NCBI RefSeq assembly: GCF_000150275.1
Contig: NW_002060946.1
Coordinates: 6,540,936 to 6,604,935 of the forward strand
Direction: 5' to 3'
Length of the DNA: 64,000 nt
Source of the DNA: Trichoplax adhaerens
Lineage: Eukaryota > Animalia > Placozoa
Below the pieces are notes generated by a model that had not been told where the DNA came from, searched no databases, and was given only the letters and a program-made list of their open reading frames with translations. Made by a program: the position numbers and the translations under genes. Positions 27,101 through 42,400 of this stretch are shown here, in pieces. Position 1 is the first letter of the stretch. Every line of letters starts with the position of its first letter.

Positions 27101-30100
27101 TGCAATTATACGAAGAGATGCACGTGAAGGTATTAACACATTAAATTCATATATAGTCCTATTTATTTTCTCATTTACAGCTAATATACAATCAACAATT
27201 ATACGCAGTTTCTAACAATTTTAACTGTTCATTCTGGAATTATTCTATAAGGTTCGTGTGTTCTATTCACGGAATAATTCTTTTTCACGATAGAAATATC
27301 ATCTACGCTCCTATTCGCCATGAAGTGTCTGTTAATTTTTTTTCTTGGCATTAATATAATGTAGAACTATCCATAGTGGGGCTTGGTCAAATCAAGGATG
27401 TCGTAGTAAATCCTTCAATTCTACTCATATTGTCTGCCAGTGTGATCATTTAACTAATTTCGCTGTATTAATACGTCTATCGGAAAGAAACGTAAGTATT
27501 ATGAATGTCTTAGAATACTGTTGACTAGATTATCGATTTAAAAACACGATCTGCACCAATACGAAATGGGGATTAGCGAACTATACAAAACGGACGTAAT
27601 TAACGACTTTGAATGAAAAAATATGATCGGTAAACTAATTCTATTTTATGTTGATTTAACAGCTTAGTGCGCCTATCCAACTTTCTCTTGAAATAATAAC
27701 TTATGTTGGCTGCGGCCTTTCAGTGGCTGGATTATCTGTTACTATTGCTGTTTACGTCTTTTTATGGAAGTGAGATATATATATGTATAAGCAAATCATC
27801 TCAATATCAATTCTGTACTGATCCAAAATTTTCTGATGAAATTTGCAATAAATTATATGACGAATCCAAAATTATCGCAATTAATCACCTCAACATTATC
27901 AATAATGATAATTATTTAAAAGATTAATTTTTTTATGTATTAATTAATAACAGATTTTTGAAAAATGCAACGCATAAAATACATTTAAACCTATTTATTT
28001 GGCTCTTACTCTCCAATCTGATATTAATGTTCGTCGACTTAGCAAAAAATGTCAAGGTATTCCATACATCATTAATTGTAATTGATAGTTAACAGCCGAT
28101 TTAGGTGTTAAATAATTAATAATATTTCGATCTAACTTTATTACCGTACGTTTATTCGAATATAAATTGTCGATATGCCTTAAACTATTAAGTATTTAGT
28201 ATTTTATCAGCTTCTAATTTATAACTAATCAGTAATATTATATATTATTCTATTCATTCCCGTTAACCTATACCACGGCATAAAATCCTACTTTAGTAGT
28301 CTTGGATAATTTTAAGTTTCTATTTATAGTCCTTAATAGACATCACAGCTCCTCACCTACTTGGTGATAGACTATTCTATCTATCTCTATCTATCTAATT
28401 ATTTTATCTAATAGATAAATAATATAAATCTTGCTAGTGATATTTTTTGGATAATCCTATCCTAATATATTCCCTTTTTAATTGATTAATAATTATAATG
28501 TAACAGTTTATCTTCTTTGCAATACCATACTCGTATATTATCCATTTTGACTTTATTGCTAGTAGCTACTGGTATTTATTCTCATTTATCTGCCCTCTAT
28601 TTTATTCATTCAAGTTTTATGACACTGTTGCAGGTACTGAAACGTTTTCAATCAAAAAGTAACCAATACATCAACTTCTTTTTTTGATTTTATAGCCATT
28701 GTGCGCTGCTTTTGCTTGCTTATTACATTTTACGCTCTTAACCACTTTCTCTTGGATGCTAATTGAGGGCATTCACATCTACTTTATCTTGGTAAAAGTT
28801 TTCGACGTCCGTGAAAAATTTCGTTATTATCACGCAGCATCCATAGGTATATAATTAAGTGCTTACTTAGGATATAAAGCAATTTATCAATCTAAATTCC
28901 CCTTTCTAAAAACTACAACCTTAATGAGATATTCTAGGATTAATTATGCTTAATATTTCCGATAATCACTATTTATAATTCTTATTTTTCTAAAGGCTTT
29001 TCAGCTATAGTTGCAATTCTTACTGCGGCTATTACTAGTGGCGTTAGAGGAGTAGAATTTTATTTAAGCTCGCAAGGGTTAGAATAGCATTAATTTATAA
29101 AATAATATAGCAGCATGTGATTGCTATAATAATCTTTTCAGAACTATCACTAATAGTTGTATTTATTTTTACAGTTGCTGGTTATCAGCTCAAAATTGGG
29201 TTATTCTTGCATTCATCATTCCATTTATAATTATTTTTGTGGTATGAATACCTTCATTTATCTTCGTAATTTTATTTCAATTATGAATAGTTAAATTGTC
29301 AAGATATAAGGATTTTCTACTTCACATTTGTTACTTTGATTGGCTAAAACGATTATTTTGGGTTTAAATTATTAAATGCCAACAGCAAGTAACGTAATAT
29401 ACTGGCGATATTGTTCAACTGCTTTTTACTTATTTTGGTAATGATGAGTATAAATAAATGAGCATGTACCCAAAAGTAATCGCAGTATATTATTTTTTAT
29501 AGGCCAATGTAATATTTTGTGGTTTGGCCATCCATACCATGCTCCATACGAAAAAAGTCGCAGAGGAAGCTAAAGATTTACAAAAAGCCAGGTAAATTAA
29601 GCGATAGAATTTATCATAAATCACATAATTGCTTTAAATGCTAATTTATTCAAAAAAATTTTTCATATTAGAATTGCTTTACGAGGTCTAATTATTCTAA
29701 CGCCAATTCTTGGCTTAACTTGGTCTTTCGGTTGCGCTCTCATGGTTTCTGACAGCGTTGTACTTCAATATTTATTTGCTATTACTAACTCAATTCAGGT
29801 AGACGAAATCGAATGTAACACATAGCTGACGTTTAATAACCTACCGCAAGTTAATCAGATTTATAAGTTATTATTCTGTAAAAGCTAAAAAATGATGTAT
29901 AACATTTTAATCTTAGGGTGTCTATATCTTTTTCACTCACTGCCTTTTAAGCAAAAAGGTAAGATCTCAAATTCATATTGACTAAAAGTTATCTAGTTCA
30001 ATTAGAATCTAAATAAGTCATTATAAAATATAGCCCGAAATATAAACCTAGTAAATCCAGGCTTAAAATTTTTACCGTCACTTCAGACGTAATACTTTCT

Positions 30101-31998
30101 TTTTAACTTTAGTCGACGATCTCACGTGTATTGAGGCATTAATCCTTACTGGTTTCGAAAATACGTATTCTATACTACTATTAACTTTTAAAGCTTTAGC
30201 TAAATAGCGTTATTACGTCTAGTTCTGCATGTGTTAGTAATATATCACATCAGCCGAGTATTATAAATCGAATCGCTAATATTGATCTTTAGATGATCCA
30301 GGAATATTTATTTTATCAATACGTTATCAACTATTTGCAGATTCTAAAAATGCTGTCCTCATTTCTTTATTAGTAATTACGAATATTGTCAGCAGCACCT
30401 AAAATGCTGACCATATAAAATCTCGCGTATAGAATAATTACTCCCAAAACGAACCTAAAAATATTATTTAAAATTAAAATACTGAAATTACTGCTATATA
30501 ATTTTTTGTCACAGATCAAAGAAGCCTACAATAAATCGAAAAGAAAAGGAAGGAGGTTCATGCTCAGTAAGAAAAAAATCAGGTATATTGGATGTCTTCG
30601 ACGTGAAATGATTTTATGCTTATTAAGATTGGCCTATCGGCCTATTTATTCCTTTGAAAGATTGAAATTAATAACTTCAATTTATCTCCTTATTATAGCC
30701 ATAAAAAATATAACGCCCAAGAATCTTCACATTCACAATCAAGGCCTAGGTATGAAATAATGAGATCTCTGACGTGGAGTAACTCACTAAAAGCAAGATC
30801 TACTTGATTTATTTATTTATATACGTTATTTCATCTTCATGGCGGTAACATTTATTTAGCTTTAGTTCTTGCTTATTATCTGGTGAACAATTACGAGACG
30901 TAAATACTTTAATTTAGTATGGAGAATACTCAAAAAATAATATGCAGCTTAATTTTCATATTAAATAAATATGAATCTGTTATTATTAGACTATTTGTAC
31001 CCTTAACGACTCTTCTGAATAGATATTGTCTCAACAAACTAACATAGACTGCATCATCTGCGTAATTTAGACTCGAACATGATCGAGATTGTAACGAATT
31101 TTAATATCACGTACATGTTGTTGCTAAAAGTAACCGTATTATTTGTAATTAGTATATATGGTTCGCTTTGGAGTGATTCTATTAATGTCGAATTTTTGTA
31201 GCTATATAGCAGATTATCAATTCTAGATTTTAAGATCCTTTACGCTATTTCCTTCTTAACATTGACGGCAAAACTAGATTTTTATTGTAATTAATTTAGC
31301 TCATTAAATGCATGATAAAACAAGCGGATTCAATTCAAATTTTTTATTATTCTAGTGTCAGCAGCCCTAAATTCAGTAAAATGACTACCTTGGAAAGCTA
31401 CAATTTGGATTCTACGCAACCCGTTGTATTAACTGCAATGAAAGTTTATTCCGACTATGAAAGTGAAGACATTTCATCTTTGCAACCGACCGCAATTGCT
31501 GTTTCTGTCGCTGATGCAAAGATTCCACAACGTGATGATCATTTACAAGAAAATTACCGCTACGGCATCATCAATCATACCTATGATGACTCCGACATTC
31601 AACCACAACAAGACACAATTACTGAAAAATGCGCCGCGAATAATCACGATAAAGTGGATGATGTTAAAGATTCGCTAGAAGGAACTGACCATCACGGCAT
31701 CATCAATCAAACTTTCGAGGATTCTGAAATTCAGCCGCAAGTGGATGCAATTACAGAAAAATCGTTATCAAATAATCAAGATCATTTTCACAACGTATCA
31801 TCTTCACCGCCATATACAAATTCTACTTCCGCTCCTGATGTTGATATCCGGCCCAATCGTGAGGACCAGTTGAAAAATAGCGACCATCAACGTTTACTTA
31901 ATCACGATTTGAAATATCAACCAGAAGCGAATCCTGACAATACAACAGCGAATTATGTCAGTAAAACGGATATTTTCGATGAAGAGATGTTACTGTAG
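21172..31998 (+). CDS. Adhesion GPCR 1: signal - CUB - 2 Ig-like - ~420-aa Ser/Pro/Thr stalk - HRM - GAIN/GPS - 7TM - long acidic tail; multi-exon
   Basis: [23 protein letters not shown] (~21849-22171); Ig exon ~22284-22802; large exon 22922-24454 ending [24 protein letters not shown]; GPS CSFWNY...AWSNQGC...[13 protein letters not shown] (27447-27455); TM1 [12 protein letters not shown]; [10 protein letters not shown]; CWLS; [12 protein letters not shown]; [13 protein letters not shown]; last exon to stop 31998. The 5'-most small exons are uncertain. Confidence 0.9.
24678..25290 (+). repeat. ~310-bp intronic tandem duplication carrying a dead copy of the HRM exon
   Basis: 24678-24987 aligns with 24988-25290. 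The first copy has acceptor tttcGG (24888) against the live tttcAG (25196), plus indels. Confidence 0.85.
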
Positions 31999-34900
31999 CC
32001 GGTTATTAATCAGTTTTAAGTATTTCGCTCACATGGAATTTATATTGACTACGATATTTACAGTTATATTATTTCTATTTAAGAATAAAACTTGAACTTT
32101 TAACGGTAAACTTGCCTCCTCCAGAAGCGATTTCCTCTCCTACAGCTTTATTTTCAAGTGAAATTACTTGTTTTATAAATTTTAACTATTTCAACAAGAC
32201 ATATTAATAACATTTATAAATAGGGAGGGCAATACCCTAATCTAAACATCGATTATAATTATTAGCCTAACTTAAATCTAATACGTTAAATTTAATTATT
32301 TATGCATTCTTTTAATATTTATATGTGAAAATGCTACACACGATCAACTAACTTCATAGTGAAACGAATTATCAGAACTTTACTTTTAATTGCCAACATA
32401 TTTTAGAATTAATATCACCAGCTTCATTATCAAACTGATTTTGTATTGATTCTTTATCAAAAAAATAAAATGGCGTTCTTAACCAAATTTTACCTGCCAT
32501 TTGATAAATATCAGCACGAATTCATAAGTCAAAACAATATATGTATTCCAATTTAGAAATGTTTCATGTATGCGTAAGGAACACCGTCAGGGAAGTCATT
32601 GAATTATCTGTGATTCCTGACACCGATACTGTAATTAAAGTATTAATAACTCGCTTAGTCAAATAGTAATATCAATTTGTGATATATATTAGCTTCTATA
32701 AAACTATTAGCTCATAATAACAATTATCATCATCTTAGAATCTACTGGTACTTCATAGTCAATCTGATTAACCTCTGTTCTGTGGTAGGAAATCAAAAGC
32801 AGCTATAGAAGTTGACCATACAACTCTCCTATAGGATTAAGTTATAGTTAAGAAGTCGCTACAAACTGCAGTAAATATCAGGAATACGATGATGGTTATA
32901 GTTCGATTAGTCTAAGATATAAGATATACAAATTACACCTACAATTGCTATGATATTGTCACAAACTAGGAATAGTCGTAGCTTGCAATATAGGTTGAAA
33001 GTATGTTTTCGAATCTATGCTAATGTAAATTAGAATACGAATCAGTTGATATTCCTATGTAGATAGAATCAAGACTTGGCCCTGTTAGGCCTTCAATCTA
33101 GCTAGATGATCATAATCTACTTTATTCTCAGCAAGGACGCAGCTTATATAACTTTTAGGTACTTAAAATTGATCAAACTGCACTAGTCACCTCGTCATTT
33201 AGAAGTTAATCAAGTTAATGACCTAAAAGTCTCTATTTGCATAGAATAAATGCAGTCTATTCCTGCTAAATTACCTGTGCCGACATTAAATTGATCAATT
33301 TCTATTCGTAGTTTAGAAAATATACATTTGGTTATCTTACTAAGATATCTCATCTAAACTTAAAGCTGTACTTTTAATCTTAATATTATTCGAGGTGATA
33401 AATATAATCTGGTTAAACTAGTTGGTAATTACTATTTCAATCTACCCAATCCTAATCCTAAATAGAGGATTGCATAGTGTCGACTGCTTAGCGCTACTAA
33501 AGTTCAATTAAGTAGATCATCAACCCTACAGGCATAAAAGTATGTATACGCCACGAAAATTGATTTTCGCGATACTTATCCAACCATCCATATTAGCATA
33601 AGGAACTACAACTTTTCCCTGATCCCTTGAATGCCCAACAGAATTAATTGACAGTTAGTTATTATGCGAAAGTTTGCGAACGGCCAATAAGGTAGATGGA
33701 TTAAGTAGCTTAACATGGTAAATTTTCATACTGACCTTCACATTATAACTGCAATATTATCATTTAAATTTAAGAAAAAAATATACGAGATTAAATAACG
33801 TCTACGCTGTTCTATTGATCTGACAGTTAACTTTTACGGTGCCAGGAATCGGTCATTTCATAATTTTGGCATTTTTAGAGAATAAAGTCAATTAAACAAT
33901 GTAAAGATATTTATTACTTTAAGATAGCGATATGTGTCAAATAGCTACCACAAATTTTACTATATCGATGGTTCTTTTAAGTACTTCGGATAACTATCTA
34001 CTCTTTAATTGACTACTTATATACTCTATTAGCAGTATATCCTTGTAATAATGTAATGATCTCAGCCAATTATAGTAGTACATTATGTGGCTAATAGGAT
34101 AAAATGGTGCACTTGCCTTGTATCTATTTTGTTTACTCAAAATTTTGGTTACGTAAACGAAGCAACAGTAAAAGTAGGATTCTATTGCGCGATTATTACA
34201 GTCCTGCAGTCTTTATCTTATCATATTATGGATATAGATCTGCATTTTCTGTTATGTTAAGCCTTAATACATTATAACGATTGTTTTGTTTACTATTGGC
34301 AGTTTTGCTATAATAAGAGGACGGGTAGTAGCTCAATACTTTGTTATTTAAAATAGTCTTAAATTAAAAGTAGTCGTAAAATTTACCGACGATACCAGAA
34401 AATAGTTCAGCACCTAATCAGGTACTAGAGTATTTAATTACTAGAAAATATTAAAGCTTTCAATCCTTTACTTTATTCTATCGCTTAGTATGTCCTTTAA
34501 TAAGCTTAGATTTTACTATATGAATTTATTATGCTCAGATTCTTACAAACATTCGTGATTCGATCACTTATAAAATTATACCTTACTGAAGTCAGTCAAT
34601 CTCAGTTATAATCTGTACTAATTAGACTTACAGCGCGTGCACTGTTTATCTCAAGTATGGATGGATATTTTTTTCAATAGGTAAAGCCGTAATGAGAACA
34701 ATTCCAAATCCCAATGAATCTAACGCAACTATATCACAAGTCGAATATATTATCATATGTTAAGTACGATATCGTAAATTAAATCGTTTCAGCGTTGAGA
34801 AAAAAGTATTAAAAAAGAGGTTTAACAAAGTTATTCCATTTAACTATCCTACATGTAGCTCGGGCTATCAACATAAAATCACACCCGAAGTTCACGGTAC

Positions 34901-36431
34901 CCTGTAGCTTGTTTTATTTATAATCAAATTTTGAGAATAAAAATAGAGAGGCATTATTCCCCGTGTAATTATCTATGCTTTGGCTCTTACATTAAAATAA
35001 AACTCGTACCCCAGCGATCGCGTAGAGTGATGAAATATAGAAGATTTAATGAAATTATACCCATCATGAGTTGTTACATATGGTACATTAATTCAATTTT
35101 ATTAAATGAGATTACGAAGATCCACATATTATCCTAAAATTTTAATCTTATATTCGATTATGGAAAAAAAACATAAATAAGCCTTTAATAAGCATCCCAG
35201 CAGACATATCCATCACGCCAGATATTAAAAACCATTTTATTTTAATTAATTAAATTTAATTTCAGGAACATGTTGCGAGATCGTTTCTTTAATATTCCCA
35301 GCATTTATAAACAATTTATTACTATAATAATATCGAAACTTCAGCCTTCCTATAAGCATATTTTTAATGTATAATTTATTGAAAGAAGAAAGTCCTTGAT
35401 CTTAAAGTTCTACAATATTTGTATTACCTATACATACATATGAGTTAAATATAATGATCGTACTCCATGCTATGATTAGTAATGCCTAACAATACCAGAA
35501 AAATTACCTATCACTTTGCATTAACTACTATAAATTAATTTTATTTAGATGGATAAAATTTTTAGAACATAACGCAAGTCTATTTGAGTCTTTTACTTAT
35601 TTTTTCCGATTATTCACACAATGACATTATAGCCGGACATTACACCGTAGTCTTATTTCACGCTAAAGCGTTTAAAGGTATAAAAAAACAAGTGTTCAAG
35701 AGTTCAACTTTTAAGTGCGCTTAACTTTTATTTTCATTATCCAAAAATTAAAATATATTGCGCCTATTGGCAATGTTAATTTAAAAGCTAAGTATGCTGG
35801 TGAAAGACATGTACCAGTCATTATTTGCACTGTGTAAGATAGTAACAGAACATACCGTAGCATTACAAAGCTTCTATAGAATTATGACGTGCTTAGTCAT
35901 ATTTACATTGTCAGTGATGGGCATAATTCGATATGTGTCACAGTAGATTTATAATACTTAAATAAAATATTTAGCGAGTGAAAGAGCAATTTGATAGATA
36001 CCAGCTTAGTAAGCTATAACCTTTGGCCTTTTCTTCTATTTGGGTCCGTATGCTATTTTATCATAATAATTAAAACTACTGTCTTCTTATTGGTATTGAC
36101 CATATGGTTAAACAATCAAATTTTTTAGCCATAGGTATCTCCAGTTTTTAACAGGGCTAATAGTAGCTAGTACGACACAGACATGCATTGCATCATAGGT
36201 CAATAGTATAAAATTAATCGTAAGATTAATCAATTTGTTATGAACTTTTTCATCATCACATCGGTGCAATATGATAATAGTGAAGAGGAAGAACCGAAGT
36301 CAAAAATTGCATTTAGTTTCATAAAAATTTTAATTTGTCTTCAAATTCTGTAATATCAAGCGACATTCAACCTCTTTAATAATTATATTTGAGAGAATTA
36401 GCCGGCAATTACCTGCTCTACAAGCCTAACC

Positions 36432-39400
36432 ATGCATTTCAATGTATTTACCAAAGTTTGTCCTCTTTTCTTTTTCATCATCTACAACTTCAACCTTGTA
36501 AGTTACTAATGCTAGTAAAATATTTATATCATTCAATATTAAAAGATTCTTTAAATACGGAAAGGCATTAAAATATTACCAATATCAGTAGAATTTTCTC
36601 GAGAAAAAACGTTACTTTTAAATATTATGCCGTTTAATTAGATAATAGTAACTTTATAACCTATAATATCAATTTCTACCTCCAATTGTTAACATCGGAA
36701 ATCATATTTTAATCTGATATTTTTTGATTGTATGATTATTTCCAAGTGGTTAATTTTCGATATACCTGGAAAAATTGCAATGCAAGGTAGGAAAAATACT
36801 GTATTCTGTTATTGTAATAATTGAACGATATTTGAAGTCATGCTATTCTTCTAGAGAAAATATTTTGCATCGATCTAAGCTATAAAATCAAACCAGTTTC
36901 TTTGTTATATCCTTTTAGATTGTGGTGATTATATGCCAGCTTTTCTGTATACTGGCTATATTATATCACCAAATTATCCTTATAACTATTCCTCACCACT
37001 GTTTTGCTCTTGGTCAGTGGGAAGTGGACAGAATGGAACTGCTATCGTTAAAGTAATCGATTTTAACCTTCGTCCACGAGTAGAAGGAGTTTGTAGCGAT
37101 TCTGTAAGCTTTTCGTTCGGTGTAGAACCTGATTTTAGAGGTTTACCATACTGTGGTCGTACTTATCCTCAGAATGTCTACTTTCAAAGTCGGAACATAC
37201 ATATTATATTTACGACACAAAGAGGTTCACCTGGAAATTATACTGGCTTCAAAATGAGTTATTCTTTATGTAAGTAAAATAATTTAATCTCTGATACGAC
37301 GATTACAAGTCCAAATCTATGCTAAGAAGCTTTGCTAAAATTGAAGTATTCACATTTTTTATAGATGTAAATCAAAATAACACTGTATTTACCTATCAAG
37401 ACCCAATTTCAAATCCCATTCGTGAAATATCGTTAAACAACCAAAGCTTACGAATTACCGGACGTAATAAAATCCAATTAACTTGCGGCTATAAAAATTT
37501 ACCCGTACTCAATGGCACGAAATTTCAGTGGTATCTTAATAATCAAACCCTAGGCCCTGTTATTTCTCCAAGCCAGCCCACTTTCAACCACTCCAATTTC
37601 TATCGTCTTCAACTGAGTCAGTATCAAAACATGGTAATCTTGCAAGTGTTTCCCAGCACAGAATTCAAATTTGACGGCCATTATGGGTGTAGTATCTTTA
37701 CTCCTGCTCAAGATATATCCCTTGGAGGAAATTTGTTGATGATATCAAACTATAGAGTCAACATAAAAGGAGATTATACGGTCATTGCAGGTAATACATT
37801 GCAATTGCAATGCACAGTCACTTATACGTCGGGCATAGCTAGTGGTTCTGAAAATTTCATATGGTATCGATCACAAATTCCGATCGTATCAGGTTAGTAG
37901 TCCAATTTAATTTTAAAATATAGCTGGCAAGTTTAATTATTGGAAGCTTATCTAATTTGTGCACTTGTATTGAATCTATGATGAGATTTATTTTAATGTC
38001 GGTATCCGGCATTGGAGCAACCCTTCATAGATGGGTTTAAATTCGCAATTGAAGATAGTATAAATACTGTAATATAATTTGATATCGACATTCCAGTATT
38101 CTAGATTAATTTAATCCGAGTACTTGTATTGAATACAAGATAAAATTTATTTTAATGGCGATATCAGATTAACCCTTCAATGATGGGTTTAATTGGCAAT
38201 TGAAGATAGTACAATAGTTATGCATAATGCAGTTCGATACTGACATTCTAGTATTCAGTTCAACTTATTAGTAAATTATAACAGGCAACAATACTCCACA
38301 GTGCTTTAAATTCGTAATTGAAGGCAGTATAAATAGTCATTGCAAATAATATAGCTTGATATTGATATTCTAATGTTTTAGTTCCATTTAATGGTAAACT
38401 GTAGCCCGCGATAATACTTGATGTAAGCTAATTTAATCTATGTGCTTGTATTGAATATATGATGAGATTTATTTCAATGTCAGCATCGGATTAATCCTTT
38501 AATGATGGATTTAATTGGCAATTGAAGATAGTATAAATAGTTACACATAATAGGGTCTTTATATTGATATTCGAATATCAATCCTTTATACAGGTGCCAA
38601 TTCAAATGTTCAAATTGAAAGACAAGGCTCAGAATCCATACTAACTCTAAGGAATATACAGCGACAATCTTCTAATACAAGTCTAACACATTTTACTTGT
38701 AGTTATGATGGCGTTATGGGTATAAAGGAGGCCCATCATACTATAGAAATTTTTCCAGCTCAGCCGCAACCATCTACATGTCCGAAACAGCAACAAAATG
38801 ACTTTTCATGGCCAGAAACACCCGTTGATGCTGTTGCCGTAATTCCTTGCGGACAGTTATCGTCAGGTTTGTAACAGAAAATTTAACTTATTTTATTGCT
38901 TTAGTCAGTTTCAAGAGTACATTATTTATGATGCCCGCCTTCTAAGTTACTGGAGTAAAGCTAGCTACTAATTCAATATTTCATTTTTTGAATTTCTTTA
39001 TTTCTATATCACCTTGATTTAGGCAATGTTACTCGTGCTTGCTTGCTGGATACTGTGGAACAGCTGCCTAGATGGGGAAGCGTTTCCAGTATTAATTGCG
39101 TTAGTCAACCTTTTATTTCCATTCAACAGCAGGTTAGTCAAGATAAACAGCCTAATGTTCATTCAGTGTAATCATCAACTTAATCAAAAGTTAACAAAAA
39201 CTAATTTACTACGTCAATCTCCTAAATTTTATGTGATAACTAGGCTTCTAATTTAACTGATAAGAATAATAATGCTACAGAAGTCCTGACTAGGCTACAA
39301 AATATCACAAATACTCCATCTAATCAGAGCCTGACAGGAGGAGATATTTTAGTTGCCAATTCTATATTAGAAAAAGTAGCTAATATAAGCGATGAACTAT

Positions 39401-42400
39401 CTATCCAAATTAAAGACCTTTACGTGAGTCTATCATTAGATTGAAAATAGAATAACTGTACTACAGAAGCCATTCATTAATTATTATAAGATAGCTATTT
39501 CTGAACGACTAGTTTCAAATGTAGAACTGATTAATGCGGTTAGAGTTCACTAAACCTTCATATATCCCCATTAAATAGATTTGATATATTTAAATTTATA
39601 ACTATCATTTAGGAATTTGTGAGAACTGGAAGTAACTTGATAGAGAAAAAAAACAGAGATCAGTGGATCGAGATACAAAAGGTAGAGATCTCAAAAATAG
39701 ATTTGATTTTAAGTTGCTGATGGCAAAAATATAGTATCATTGCATAGCGCATTATTTGACGATCATTAAAAGTTCTAACCCTTAATTTATGAATTTTACG
39801 CTTTTATATTAATAAGATCAATTATATACTAATAGACCAAACCAGGAACAACGGAACTAGCTCAAAACTTAGATCGATATGGTAGTTTAGTTGGATTAAG
39901 CAATGAGACAATCATTGTGGCAGCAGATAATATAGGTATATCAATTTCAAAAACATATCCTGATATTTCATTGACTTGATACTTTATTCATAAAGTCATC
40001 AGTAGGATAGCCTGCATAGGAAGCAATTTGTCTAGCTCCTAGCATAACAAAATGCTTTTCTAAAACATTTCAATTTCTGATTCTATTAAAACATGGATTT
40101 AGCTAGCATTCTACGATTAATTTCATATTTATAAGCAATAAATTGCACCATTTCCAACTAGGAAGTGTGGATAGAAGCTGAAAATAATTCTTATTTACCA
40201 ATAGTTATGGAAATAAGCGCCCTTAGTACCGAAACAGAACAGCCATATCAATTTCCTAGCGAATTCACTAATAGAGTAGATCAGCCGGCAACCAATATTG
40301 TCCTTCAAACTAATAGTTCTAGGCGATGGCTCAAGGGGAACCAGATTAATTTGCCTCCAACTGTATTTCAAAGTAATTTTATCCAAGCAAAGAATAGGCT
40401 GGATACTATATTCCATAAAATACTTGAGTAAACGTTGAGTTAATTCATTAATATCAATAATTTTATTTCATTCCTAAATGTAGGCTATGATGTTTCAACT
40501 ACAATTAAAATAGTAAGCTTCATTTATAAAACTTTAAACGAACTTTTACCCGAACAAGTCGACCAGACTCTTAAGTAAGCTAACTTAGCGATCTATTTGA
40601 TATCGATAATATTATAATCATTATTTGCAAATGGAATTTCTTTCAATACTATGAAGACAGATGCGATTCCCCTGATTTCTAATATAAATTATAGATTATG
40701 TTTCAATTCTAAATAGAACATAGAAAGATTAATAATTTTATTGAAATATTTTTATAGAACTAACTCGAGCCGATGGATTCCACAAACAGTAGTAATCTCG
40801 ACATCACTTTATCCGCCACTCAATAAAAAGCTACTTGAGCCAATTGACTATACTTTGCAAAAAGTGTCAAACAGCGAGGTCATTCCATTGCATAAAAATT
40901 TAATTCTGTTACCTGTTTTGAGTTAAAAAATGATTGCTATAATGTTATTTCTGTCTAGTGCTTCAACTTGCATACATTTGCTAAATTAAATTAATATTCA
41001 TCTTGATTATAGCTTTTATTCAATCGCGAATTATATAAAGTTACTGACGAATTCAATTGCTCATTCTGGAATTATACCATCAAGTACATGATTTGCTACT
41101 CAAAACGCTTTAAACTAGCAGCTGTTTCTTTGCACTAAAGTTGTTTATTTTAATCAAAATATCTTAAGGACTATCCACACGGGAGCTTGGTCTAGACTAG
41201 GATGTCGAACGAAATCCTCAAACGCCAGCCACATAGTTTGTGAATGCGATCATTTAACGAATTTTGCAGTACTCCTAAGATTATCAGAAAGAAATGTAAG
41301 CTCTTCTAAGCTAATTTTTAACGAAATGTACTTTGTAATTACTTTTAATGTATTCCTTGTTGAAATAAAGATGCATATGGTCATAAGACTAATACCAATT
41401 AATTTCAATTTTTCTTCATTTCTTGAAACAGCTTACCCAACCTATCCTGCTCTCACTTGAAATAATTACATATGTTGGTTGTGGCTTTTCTGTTGTTGGA
41501 TTGAGCTCCACCTTAGTTATCTACTCTGTATTATGGAAGTAATTATTCTGGATATTCATTAACTTCTGCTAATATCGATGATAGATAAAATTAGTCCTAT
41601 ACCTATTAAATACTGTTTTATTAATAAATGAAACTGTTGCTTTTCCTACTTGTAAAACTATTAGATTCTTAAAAAATCCAACCAACAAAATTCATATGAA
41701 TTTATTCGCTTGGCTATTAGTTGCTAACTTAATCATCATGTTTGTGGATTTAGCAAAGCATATCAAGGTAATTTATATGACGATTATTGAACTCAGTAAA
41801 ATTTCAATTATTTTCGCTATCAAAAGCATGATTGCAACGATCAAGACATATATTTTCAATATGTAATCTATCTAATATAATAGGTTCTATGTACTATCCT
41901 GGCTTCCGTACTCCATTTCTCACTACTGGCTACGTTTATGTGGATGTTGGTAGAAGGCATACATATTTACCTTGTGCTTATAAAAGTTTTTGATGTCAAT
42001 GAAAAATTCCTGTACTACCAATTAGCATCAATAGGTCTGTTTTATTCAAACAGATATAGAATAGGTCAATTTACCTTACAGAAATATAAGTAAATTTAAT
42101 GATGATGTTATCGTTTATTGGTACCAGGTGTTCCCGCTTTGATAGCTGGCTTAACCGCTGCGATTACGTGTGGAGCTGCAGGAATGGAATATTATTTAAG
42201 TTCACAAGGGTCCGACTAATATTAATATGTCTAGTATCATACTCGTGATTCCTACAATTCTAAATACAAGGAAGCCTTGAAAATAAAACCGTTGAACTTA
42301 GGACAGCCTATTTTTACTCTTCCTTTTAATTTATATTATTCTTTCAATTTTCTATAGTTGCTGGTTATCAGCTACAAATTGGGTTATTCTCGCATTTGTC

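Noticed and set aside
20444-35220. Short shared words (AAATCACACCC, CCATCACGCC) upstream of both GPCRs
   Set aside because: The matches are only 10-11 bp and occur in a different order, too weak to call regulatory elements.
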